From positions 1-41,861 of IMG/VR virus record IMGVR_UViG_3300043473_000010: 41,861 nt of DNA. The stretch is one strand, 5' to 3'. Under the pieces are notes generated by a model. It was not told the DNA's origin. It ran no database searches and saw nothing but the letters and a program-made list of their open reading frames with translations. The position numbers and the translations under genes were made by a program. Positions 1 to 7,809 of this stretch are shown here, in pieces; positions within the stretch are counted from its first letter, which is position 1, and every line of letters begins with the position of its first letter. The stretch comes from a virus (lineage: Duplodnaviria > Caudoviricetes).

Positions 1-127
1 ATACCTACCCTACAGCCCTTGCAGGCGACACGGCCTGCACCCTTGGGCCTGCACAGGCCGCGCCTCCTATGCATATGGCCCCCTCCGTAGACCGGCCTCG
101 GCGCGTCTATGGTCGCATCCAGGTGCC
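1..127. repeat. 127-bp terminal direct repeat, copy 1 (circular assembly overlap)
   Basis: Identical to 41735..41861; 127 is a common de Bruijn k-mer size, so this indicates a circular or circularly permuted complete genome. Confidence 0.95.
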
Positions 128-267
128 GACGCGGACCGTATGGATGCGAATTCGGGATGAGCTCTTTCGTATCCACTGTTGCGTTCTTGGTCTAGGTCTG
201 TTGTCTTTTCGCAAAACCACAAACGTTCCGTTGTCGGTGGTCTAGGCACCCCCCAGTGAACCCGCAG

Positions 268-302
268 GCGGGGGTGGCCCTGTGGAGTCGCCCCACCCCC
301 GC
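268..302. repeat. GC-rich inverted repeat upstream of the packaging operon
   Basis: GCGGGGGTGG (268-277) / CCACCCCCGC (293-302), perfect 10-bp stem. Confidence 0.6.
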
Positions 303-373
303 ATGTTCTGGTGAGATATTTCCATCAGGAAAAGGGAACCACGACAGGAACTGTGGGAAATGGAATGAAGTGC

Positions 374-402
374 TTGCATTATGGGCCGCGCCCGTGTATA
401 GT
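374..402 (+). promoter_or_regulatory. sigma70-like promoter for the packaging operon
   Basis: TTGCAT (374-379) - 17 bp - TATAGT (397-402); ATG at 410 lies 7 nt downstream, suggesting a leaderless transcript. Confidence 0.7.
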
Positions 403-409
403 TCGCCTC

Positions 410-703
410 ATGGACGAAACCATCAAAAAGGGGATAGAAGAGCTCCAGAAAAGAGCATTGACAGGAGCGCTTGAGGTAGGAACTCCCCAGTGGTGGCGAG
501 CATATTGGAGGGCGCACCCCACCAAACTTGAAGAATTGATGTCCCGACAGCTACCGCAGCAGATCACCGGCGCTGGACCGCTAGGGGAGCACGTATTCAA
601 GGTCATCCATTCCATCAAACAGTCACCCCTGGACAGTCTGGGGGTGCAGCCGACAGAAGCGATAGAGGGGGAACTGGTCCAGAAGGTAGAGTCGAGTGGA
701 TGA
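410..703 (+). CDS. Putative terminase small subunit
   Basis: Small ORF (MDETIKKG...) directly upstream of and overlapping TerL; start moved from 311 to ATG 410 behind the promoter; function inferred from position. Confidence 0.55.
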   Translation: MDETIKKGIEELQKRALTGALEVGTPQWWRAYWRAHPTKLEELMSRQLPQQITGAGPLGEHVFKVIHSIKQSPLDSLGVQPTEAIEGELVQKVESSG

Positions 704-2048
704 ACTCCACAGTATCTACAGCCCCCGCCACCAGTTTATACCGTTCCACGAGAGGACGCAGCGGTGGGGAGTACTGGTATGTCACAGGCGCGCAGGTAAG
801 ACCGTAGCGGGAGTGAACGAATTGGTAGAGAGGGCGATGTATACGCCCAAGGAGAACGCAAGATACTCTTACGTCGCACCGTTCTACAGTCAAGCTAAGT
901 CAGTGGCGTGGGACTATCTGCTGCGGTATAGCGCCCCCTTTCGGAGGAAGGCCAATATTGCGGAGTTGACGGTTGAACTTGTCAATAACTCAAGAGTGCG
1001 CCTGTTTGGAGGGGACAACCCCGACGCACTGCGGGGATTGTATCACGACGGCGTGCTGATGGACGAGCCGGCTCAGCAGAAGCCACGACTGTGGCCGGAG
1101 ATTATCAGGCCGGCCCTGAGTGATCGCAAGGGGTGGGCCGTCTTTATGGGCACCCCGGCAGGGAAGAATGAATTTTGGGACATTTGGGACAACGCGCAGA
1201 ACAACCCCGAATGGTTCAGCATGATACTCCGTGCCTCCGAGTCTGGAATATTGGACGAGGAGGAGTTAAGAGCTGCCCGGGAGATGATGGATGAAGAAGA
1301 ATACGCCCAGGAGTACGAATGCAGCTTCGACGCGGCCATACGTGGCAGCTTCTATGGGCGAGATATCAACCGAGCAATACTTGAGAATCGTGTGGGAATC
1401 TATCCATACGAAGAGGGTCATAAGGTCTACACCTGTTGGGACCTCGGGTACACCGACGACACGGTCATCTGGTTCTTCCAGGTTATCGCTAATCGCCCCA
1501 TCTTCTTCGACTGCTACGCGGCCTCCGGGCTCCAAATAAGTGACTACGTTCAAGTCCTCCACGAGAAAAGGGACCAGTACGACTGGCAGTATGGAACATA
1601 TTATCTGCCCCACGACGTACGAGCGAAGAGCCTCCAGACGGGGCGAAGTATGCAGGAGCAGCTACTCGCGCACGACATCAGAGGGAGGATTGCCCCGGAG
1701 ATGTCGGTGCAGGATGGGATTCAGGCTACCCGCAAGATGCTCGCCATTGCGTGCTTCGATGCGAGCAACTGCCGGGTGGGACTGGAGGCGTGCAAGCAGT
1801 ACCAACGTGAGTGGAGTGAAGACAAGAAGGCATTCCACGAGCGACCCCGCCACGACTGGACGAGCCATTACGCCGACGCCTTACGGATAGGCGCACTGGG
1901 CTACAGGGAAGACTTCGGGACAACCCCGCAAACGATCTGGGTGCCGCCGAAATATCGGGAAAAACCCCCAATGTCTCAGGGGATGCAGCTTAACGAGCTC
2001 TGGAAGACACTTCCAGCGCCCACGGGCAGGTGGAATCGGAGAATATAA
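696..2048 (+). CDS. terL: Terminase large subunit
   Basis: Walker A HRRAGKT, Walker B GVLMDE, GTPAG coupling motif, QEYECSF, RNase H-like nuclease WDLG..D and SHYADA. Confidence 0.95.
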   Translation: MDELHSIYSPRHQFIPFHERTQRWGVLVCHRRAGKTVAGVNELVERAMYTPKENARYSYVAPFYSQAKSVAWDYLLRYSAPFRRKANIAELTVELVNNSRVRLFGGDNPDALRGLYHDGVLMDEPAQQKPRLWPEIIRPALSDRKGWAVFMGTPAGKNEFWDIWDNAQNNPEWFSMILRASESGILDEEELRAAREMMDEEEYAQEYECSFDAAIRGSFYGRDINRAILENRVGIYPYEEGHKVYTCWDLGYTDDTVIWFFQVIANRPIFFDCYAASGLQISDYVQVLHEKRDQYDWQYGTYYLPHDVRAKSLQTGRSMQEQLLAHDIRGRIAPEMSVQDGIQATRKMLAIACFDASNCRVGLEACKQYQREWSEDKKAFHERPRHDWTSHYADALRIGALGYREDFGTTPQTIWVPPKYREKPPMSQGMQLNELWKTLPAPTGRWNRRI

Positions 2049-4639
2049 TGACCGCAGCGAACAGCGACGACCAGATGTCCCGTGGAGCAGCGGCGTTGGA
2101 GAAGATATCCGACTTTGGCGAGGGCAAGGTCGGCCAACTCAAGCGATGGAAGGCCGAGCTGGACGCCGGGAAGAGGTCCGAGCAGAACTGGCACAAGAAA
2201 GGCGAAAAGACACTCAAGCGTTACCGCGACGAGCGGGACGCTGTGGACGCCCAGGACCGCAAATTCAACATCCTGTGGGCGAATGTGCAGACGCTCAAGC
2301 CTGCGGTGTACTCGAAACCACCGTCGCCGGAGGTATCACGCCGGTTTGACACTTCCAGTCAGGTCAACCGGGTAGCCGCGTCCATAATGGAGCGGAACCT
2401 GCATTTCACGGTGTGCGAACACTCCATGTTCGACGCCACGATGAACCAATGCGTGGAAGATCGGCTGCTACCGGGCCGGGGAACAGCGTGGGTCCGCTAC
2501 GTGGCGGATTTGAAGCCCGTGTATCACACGCGGCCGACGGCGTTGCCGCCCATTCCACCCCCGCAGCCAGAGCAACCTCAACCCCCTATGCCGGGGACGC
2601 CAGAAGGAGCGCCGCCGCCGCCGCAAGGGGGAGTCCCCGGTGCCGCCCCAATGGGCGGACCCCCGGCACCCCCTCAGCTTCCGCAACCCCCTCAAGGTCC
2701 ACCGGGGATGCCGCCGCCGACGCAGCCGCCGATCGAGCAGTTGCCTCCCGGCCCTCTGCCGATGTTGGGAGCGCCACAGCCGACGCCGCTGCCGCAGACG
2801 CCCCCGCAGTCGCCGGATGCGCAGAACAAGGCCGTCACGGGCGATGCGTACGAGTCGCAGGTCATCAGTGGCGAGCAAATCTGCTTTGACTACGTGTATT
2901 GGAAAGACTTCCGCATGTCGCCGTGCCGGACATGGGATGAGTGCTGTTGGGTTGCCCGTCGCGTGTACATGACGCGGGAGAACGGCAACAAGCGGTTCGG
3001 GGAAGCCGTGTTTAAGGACGTACCGCTGAACCACACGGAGAAAATCACCGAGGAAGACAAGCTCGGGAACAAGCCTTTCGGCCCCGGCAGTGGCGTGCTC
3101 AAGAAAGCGGCCATTTGGGAGATCTGGAGCAAAGATGACCTCAAGGTTTACTGGCTCTGCGAGGACCACACGGAAATCCTCGATGTGCGGGACGACCTGT
3201 TCCAGCTGGACGACTTCTTCCCGTGCCCGAAGCCGTTGCTCGCAACAACGACTAACGAAAGCACAATTCCTATTCCTGATTACTGCATGTACCAGGATCA
3301 AGCACAGGAACTCGATCAGATCACGAATCGTATATCTCTCCTTACGCAAGCTCTTAAGGTTATCGGCCTTTATGATAAGACGCAGGATGGAGTTCAAAGG
3401 CTCCTTACGGAGGGCGTAGACAATGTGATGATCCCGGTGGACAACTGGGCCATGTTTGCCGAACGCGGCGGGCTCAAGGGGACGGTTGACTTCTTCCCAG
3501 TGGAACTGGTGTCCAAGGTCCTCACGCAACTGATTACGGACCGTGGGACGGTTAAGCAAGACATCTACGAAATTACGGGCATTGCCGACATCGTGCGTGG
3601 TGCGAGCGTGGCCTCGGAAACGGCCACCGCGCAGACCATCAAGGAGAAGTTCGCCAATATTCGTATCAACGACGTACAGAAGGACATTGCGCGGTTTGCG
3701 AGCGACTTGGTGAACATGGCCGCGCAGTTGATGACCAATTTCTTCCAACCGGAGACGTTGATCATCAATGCGGACCTTGCGGATCCCGAGGGACCGGATT
3801 TCCAGTACGTTCCACAGGCCGTCCAGCTGATAAAGGACGGCAAACTGATCCAACACAAGATTACGGTCAGCGTCGATGCCATTACGGAGCAGGATGACAA
3901 GGACGAGCAGACCGCCCGGAATGACTTTATGCAGAATTTCGGGTTCCTGATGCAGCAGATGGTGCCCGCAGTGGAGAAGATGCCGCAAATTGCGCCGATG
4001 ATCGGTCATATCATGCTGTGGTCGGTGCGTGGCTTCAAGATAGGCCGCGACATAGAAGGGGAGATCGAGCAGGGCATCGCGCAGATGGCGAAGCAAGGGC
4101 CACCCGAGCCACCGCCTGATCCAGCAGCGCAGAAGCTCCAGGCGGAGGCGCAGGCGCATCAGCAAGCCATGCAGCAGGAGCAGGAGAAGCACCAAGCCGA
4201 CGCGGCGCGGGAACAGGAGCTGCTTGGGATAAAGAAGCAGGGCAACGAGGAAGACCTGCGATACACGAATGCCAAGCACGAGGAAGAGCTCAATTTCATG
4301 CGGCAAAAGAACGCACTTGCGTTGGAGGCCATCGCGTTGACGACCACGGCGAAGGTGGACGCCGCCGCACAGCAGACGCAGCAGGACCTCGCCGCTACGG
4401 GCACCGCTCACGTACAGAAACTCGCGCATACGGACGAAATGCAGGCGCAGAAACTGGCGCATGGGGCCGCGGAGGGTCTGCAAGGACTCGCACAAGCCGA
4501 TCAAACACATGCTCAGGGGTTGGATCAAGGTGCGGAAGCACATGCTCAGGGGCAGGCGCAAGAAGCGGATGCTGCCGCGCAAGCTCTCGCACAGGCTGAG
4601 GCAGCGGCAAAAGCGAAGAAGGAGCCTGGAAATGCCTAG
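2048..4639 (+). CDS. Portal protein with Pro-rich insertion and long C-terminal extension
   Basis: Follows terL with TAATG overlap; FNILWANVQTL, FFPCPKPL, YEITGIADIVRG and ETATAQ resemble podovirus-type portals. Confidence 0.85.
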   Translation: MTAANSDDQMSRGAAALEKISDFGEGKVGQLKRWKAELDAGKRSEQNWHKKGEKTLKRYRDERDAVDAQDRKFNILWANVQTLKPAVYSKPPSPEVSRRFDTSSQVNRVAASIMERNLHFTVCEHSMFDATMNQCVEDRLLPGRGTAWVRYVADLKPVYHTRPTALPPIPPPQPEQPQPPMPGTPEGAPPPPQGGVPGAAPMGGPPAPPQLPQPPQGPPGMPPPTQPPIEQLPPGPLPMLGAPQPTPLPQTPPQSPDAQNKAVTGDAYESQVISGEQICFDYVYWKDFRMSPCRTWDECCWVARRVYMTRENGNKRFGEAVFKDVPLNHTEKITEEDKLGNKPFGPGSGVLKKAAIWEIWSKDDLKVYWLCEDHTEILDVRDDLFQLDDFFPCPKPLLATTTNESTIPIPDYCMYQDQAQELDQITNRISLLTQALKVIGLYDKTQDGVQRLLTEGVDNVMIPVDNWAMFAERGGLKGTVDFFPVELVSKVLTQLITDRGTVKQDIYEITGIADIVRGASVASETATAQTIKEKFANIRINDVQKDIARFASDLVNMAAQLMTNFFQPETLIINADLADPEGPDFQYVPQAVQLIKDGKLIQHKITVSVDAITEQDDKDEQTARNDFMQNFGFLMQQMVPAVEKMPQIAPMIGHIMLWSVRGFKIGRDIEGEIEQGIAQMAKQGPPEPPPDPAAQKLQAEAQAHQQAMQQEQEKHQADAAREQELLGIKKQGNEEDLRYTNAKHEEELNFMRQKNALALEAIALTTTAKVDAAAQQTQQDLAATGTAHVQKLAHTDEMQAQKLAHGAAEGLQGLAQADQTHAQGLDQGAEAHAQGQAQEADAAAQALAQAEAAAKAKKEPGNA

Positions 4640-4772
4640 CGTTAGCAAGAAGCAAGCGAAGTTCATGCAAGCGGCGGCGCACAACTCCAAGTTCGCCGCT
4701 AAGGCGAAGATTCCACAGTCCGTCGCCAAGGAATTCGTGGCTGCGGACAAGGGTAAGGCGAGGAAGAAATGA
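4632..4772 (+). CDS. Small basic phage protein (MPSVSKKQAKFMQAAAH...)
   Basis: GGAG RBS, overlaps the portal stop; MPS.SKKQ..FM.AAAH type N-terminus is typical of small head-module genes. Confidence 0.7.
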   Translation: MPSVSKKQAKFMQAAAHNSKFAAKAKIPQSVAKEFVAADKGKARKK

Positions 4773-5077
4773 GACGCAGGTTTCGCTATGATCGAGCTAC
4801 GGATAGCATGGTGGAAGTACCTATTGATCCAGAGGTGGAAAGACTGCCGATGGTGCATGGGGATATTCCAGCGTTTGTTTCCCCGCTCGATGGCAGTTCC
4901 GTTCAAGGGCGTCGCGCTTACGAAGACCACATGCGTCGGCACAACGTCGTCCCTTTCGAAAAGGGAGATGAGAATCGCAAGCCAGTATTCAACACGCCGC
5001 AGGAGAAGCAGGCGCGGCGTGAGATGATCTGGGAATACACAGATCGCGTATCACGAGGTCACAAGGCTCGGGACTAA
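4769..5077 (+). CDS. Hypothetical head-module protein
   Basis: ATGA coupling to the previous gene; SPLDG...RR....HMRRHN motif. Confidence 0.7.
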   Translation: MRRRFRYDRATDSMVEVPIDPEVERLPMVHGDIPAFVSPLDGSSVQGRRAYEDHMRRHNVVPFEKGDENRKPVFNTPQEKQARREMIWEYTDRVSRGHKARD

Positions 5078-5090
5078 CCTAGAGGACGAC

Positions 5091-6170
5091 ATGCCACCGG
5101 AAGAACAAGCACCCCCATCAATAGCGGATTCTCTCAATGCTGCCATTGACACCGTCGAACAAGCAACTCCACCCACACCCGAACCTGCCGCCCCGGCGGA
5201 AGCGCCGAGTGGTGACCAGACGCCCGCGCCTGCGGCCCGCGAGGGGCGTGATTCGCGTGGGAGGTTTGTAGGTGGAAAGACGGCGGACACACCGGCTCAT
5301 CTGGGACGTCCTGACGCGCCAGACGCGGCGACCGCTCCCGCGAGTCCGCAAGCTCCGGCTGCGCCAGTGGATCCTGCAACGGGTCAGCCTCCGGCGCAAA
5401 CGCCCGCTGCCGACGTTGCTCCTGCGGCGTGGAAAGATGATGCCAAGGCGCAATGGGGGAAGTTGGATCCGTCCCTCAAAGCCGAAATAACACGCCGAGA
5501 GCGCGAAATTACCGTCGGTCTCCAACGGGCGGGCGATGCTCGCAAGTTTGGTGATTCCATCATGGGGGAGTTCGCCCCCTATGCGGAGATTCTGCAACAG
5601 GAAGGCGCGACGCCGCAGGCGGCAATTCGAGCACTGCTGGAAACGAGCTACACGCTCCGCTATGGCTCCCCCGAGCACAAGCAGGCGCTCTTCATGTCCC
5701 TCGCGCAGCAGTACGGCATCGATCTCAAAAGGCAGATCGACCCCGAAAAGGCGCGGTTGGAATGGCAGGCTGACTCCCGTACCATCAACGACGCCCGCGC
5801 CGGTACTCAGCAGCAGGTTCGGCTTCAGCAGGAAGTACAGACCGAGTTGGAGCAGTTTGTCAATGCTCCGGGGCACGAGTATTATGAGCGGGTGCGGCCT
5901 GCGATGGCCGGGTTGCTGACCAGTGGCGGTGCTGCGAATCTGCAGGACGCCTACGACCGCGCTTGTTGGGCGGACCCTCAAGTGCGGGTGGCTCTTCAGC
6001 AAGCGGCTGACATTGCCCGTGCTGCCTCGCAGTCCAAGAACCGCAATGCGCTCGCTGCGGTGAATGGGGCTCCCGGCGCTGTCGCGGTAACGCCGACGGC
6101 AGGAGCTGATCCAAGCAAGCTGAGGGAGTTCCTAGAAGCTCAATTCACGAGCCCTGGAGGTCGTGTATAA
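5091..6170 (+). CDS. Putative capsid scaffolding protein
   Basis: Lies between portal and capsid; Pro/Ala-rich N-terminus, helical core, LQDAYDRACWADP motif. Confidence 0.7.
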   Translation: MPPEEQAPPSIADSLNAAIDTVEQATPPTPEPAAPAEAPSGDQTPAPAAREGRDSRGRFVGGKTADTPAHLGRPDAPDAATAPASPQAPAAPVDPATGQPPAQTPAADVAPAAWKDDAKAQWGKLDPSLKAEITRREREITVGLQRAGDARKFGDSIMGEFAPYAEILQQEGATPQAAIRALLETSYTLRYGSPEHKQALFMSLAQQYGIDLKRQIDPEKARLEWQADSRTINDARAGTQQQVRLQQEVQTELEQFVNAPGHEYYERVRPAMAGLLTSGGAANLQDAYDRACWADPQVRVALQQAADIARAASQSKNRNALAAVNGAPGAVAVTPTAGADPSKLREFLEAQFTSPGGRV

Positions 6171-6175
6171 AGTGC

Positions 6176-6204
6176 TTGCATTTGGGGCCGGGGTGGCGCA
6201 CACT
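6176..6204 (+). promoter_or_regulatory. sigma70-like promoter for the capsid gene
   Basis: TTGCAT - 17 bp - CACACT; shares the AAGTGCTTGCATTnnGGGCCG context with the promoter at 374. Confidence 0.55.
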
Positions 6205-6244
6205 GCTACGCACGAGCAGGTGACTCACCCCAGTTCGTAGCGCA

Positions 6245-6298
6245 GCCTCCGATGGCTCAGCGCACAAGAGCCGCAACGTAATTCACCCCATCGGAGGC
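6245..6298 (+). promoter_or_regulatory. Structured 5' leader occluding the capsid RBS
   Basis: GCCTCCGATGG (6245-6255) pairs perfectly with CCATCGGAGGC (6288-6298), which contains the GGAGG SD. Confidence 0.7.
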
Positions 6299-6303
6299 AT
6301 CAC

Positions 6304-7287
6304 ATGGCATTCGCCAACAGTCAGGTCAGCGACATCATCGCCACGACGATCCAGTCGCGTAGCGGGATCATCGCCGACAACGTAACAAAGAACAACGCCC
6401 TTTTGCGGCGTCTGCAAGGCCGGGGGAACAGCAAGCCCTTCTCCGGCGGCAATGTGATCATGCAGGAGCTGTCGTTCGCACAGAACGGCAACGCCGGATG
6501 GTATTCCGGCTACGAAACGCTCCCGACCGGCGCACAGGACGTCATCAGCGCCTCCCAGTTCGACATCAAGCAAGCGGCTTGCCCGGTCACCATCAGCGGG
6601 CTGGAACTGCTGCAAAACTCCGGCAAGGAACAGATCATCGACCTGCTGGAAGGGCGCATGACCGTCGGCGAGGACACGATGCAGAACCTCGTGGCCCAAG
6701 GCGTCTACGCCAACGGAACGGGCTATGGCGGGAAGGAACTCACCGGTCTGGATGCCATGATCCCGGCCAACCCGCTGACCGGAACCTACGGCGGCATCGA
6801 TCGCGCCGCATGGCCCTTCTGGCAACCCCAGATCTACAAGGGCACGACGACCGGTGGCGCAGCCATCAGCGCCACGAACATCCAGGTCTACATGAACCGC
6901 CTGTGGGCGAAACTCGTGCGCGGCCAAAACCGCCCGGACCTGATCGTGATGGACAACCTGATGTGGGCGTTCTACATGCAGTCCCTTCAGGCCATCCAAC
7001 GCTTCAGCTCCAGCGACAGCGCCACGCTTGGCTTCCCGACCATCAAGTACATGGACGCGGATGTCGTGCTCGACGGCGGTCTGGGCGGTTTCGCACCGGC
7101 AACGGTCGCGTACTTCCTGGACACGAAGTATGCGTTCTTCCGGCCGCACCGGGACCGCAACTTCGTCGCCCTGGATCCGGGCAAGCGGTACTCCATCAAC
7201 CAGGATGCAGTCACGCAGATCCTGGCCTTCGCGGGCAACATGACTTGCAGCAACTCTTCGCTGCAAGGTCGGCTGGACAACACGTAA
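6304..7287 (+). CDS. Major capsid protein
   Basis: 327 aa, strong GGAGG RBS, strongly biased codons; SDIIATTIQSRS..IADNVTKNNALL N-terminus and GIDRA..PFW motif; position after scaffold. Confidence 0.9.
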   Translation: MAFANSQVSDIIATTIQSRSGIIADNVTKNNALLRRLQGRGNSKPFSGGNVIMQELSFAQNGNAGWYSGYETLPTGAQDVISASQFDIKQAACPVTISGLELLQNSGKEQIIDLLEGRMTVGEDTMQNLVAQGVYANGTGYGGKELTGLDAMIPANPLTGTYGGIDRAAWPFWQPQIYKGTTTGGAAISATNIQVYMNRLWAKLVRGQNRPDLIVMDNLMWAFYMQSLQAIQRFSSSDSATLGFPTIKYMDADVVLDGGLGGFAPATVAYFLDTKYAFFRPHRDRNFVALDPGKRYSINQDAVTQILAFAGNMTCSNSSLQGRLDNT

Positions 7288-7324
7288 GCCGCCCCTCAAC
7301 CCATCTGTATCCAGGAGAAACATC

Positions 7325-7747
7325 ATGCCGGCAGGAGCATTTGCAGTACCGATGGCGGGGGCAACGATTGCCAACGTCTGGAAGCAACGACTGAACGTTT
7401 CCTCGGGCTTGCCCGATGACGCGCAAGCCCCGTTCGCACTGGGCACTGTCAGTCTCATCACGCCGCCCGCAGGCACCAATCGCACCGTGGCGAAGTTCTG
7501 CCGCGTCGGCGCAACGGGCATCGCTCCGGGAGCCACGGCGGGCATCGGCACGGACGGCGTCACGGCGGCAGCGGCGGGCGGAAATACGTGGACAAACGAC
7601 ACGGGCGTTGCGCTCGTGACGGGCGACTACGCATGGCTGACCACCGGCCAAGTGACCGCACTCGCCGATGCAGCGGCAGCGGCTCCGTCCGCGGCAGCGA
7701 AAGCCAAGGACGAAGAAGACGCAAAGGCGACAAAGAAAGCCGCCTGA
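7325..7747 (+). CDS. Putative capsid decoration/cement protein
   Basis: Co-transcribed with capsid before a terminator; Ala/Gly/Thr-rich, GDYAW motif. Confidence 0.6.
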   Translation: MPAGAFAVPMAGATIANVWKQRLNVSSGLPDDAQAPFALGTVSLITPPAGTNRTVAKFCRVGATGIAPGATAGIGTDGVTAAAAGGNTWTNDTGVALVTGDYAWLTTGQVTALADAAAAAPSAAAKAKDEEDAKATKKAA

Positions 7748-7763
7748 GCCCTTGGGCAGTATG

Positions 7764-7795
7764 AACGGGGGCCGGACCACGGCCCCCGTTTGTTC
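7764..7795 (+). terminator. Intrinsic terminator after the capsid/decoration genes
   Basis: AACGGGGGCCG-GACCA-CGGCCCCCGTT stem followed by TGTTC. Confidence 0.75.
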
Positions 7796-7809
7796 GTGGA
7801 GAAGCCGCA

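Noticed and set aside
311-409. ORF-track start of the putative TerS at 311
   Set aside because: A promoter lies inside this extension; ATG 410 fits better
2468-4942. 824-aa antisense ORF
   Set aside because: Shadow of the GC-rich portal gene; no recognisable motifs
6283-7602. 439-aa antisense ORF over the capsid gene (likewise 19316..20950, 35171..36454, 37883..38851)
   Set aside because: Stop-poor reverse frames of codon-biased genes; Arg/Val/Gly-rich with no motifs
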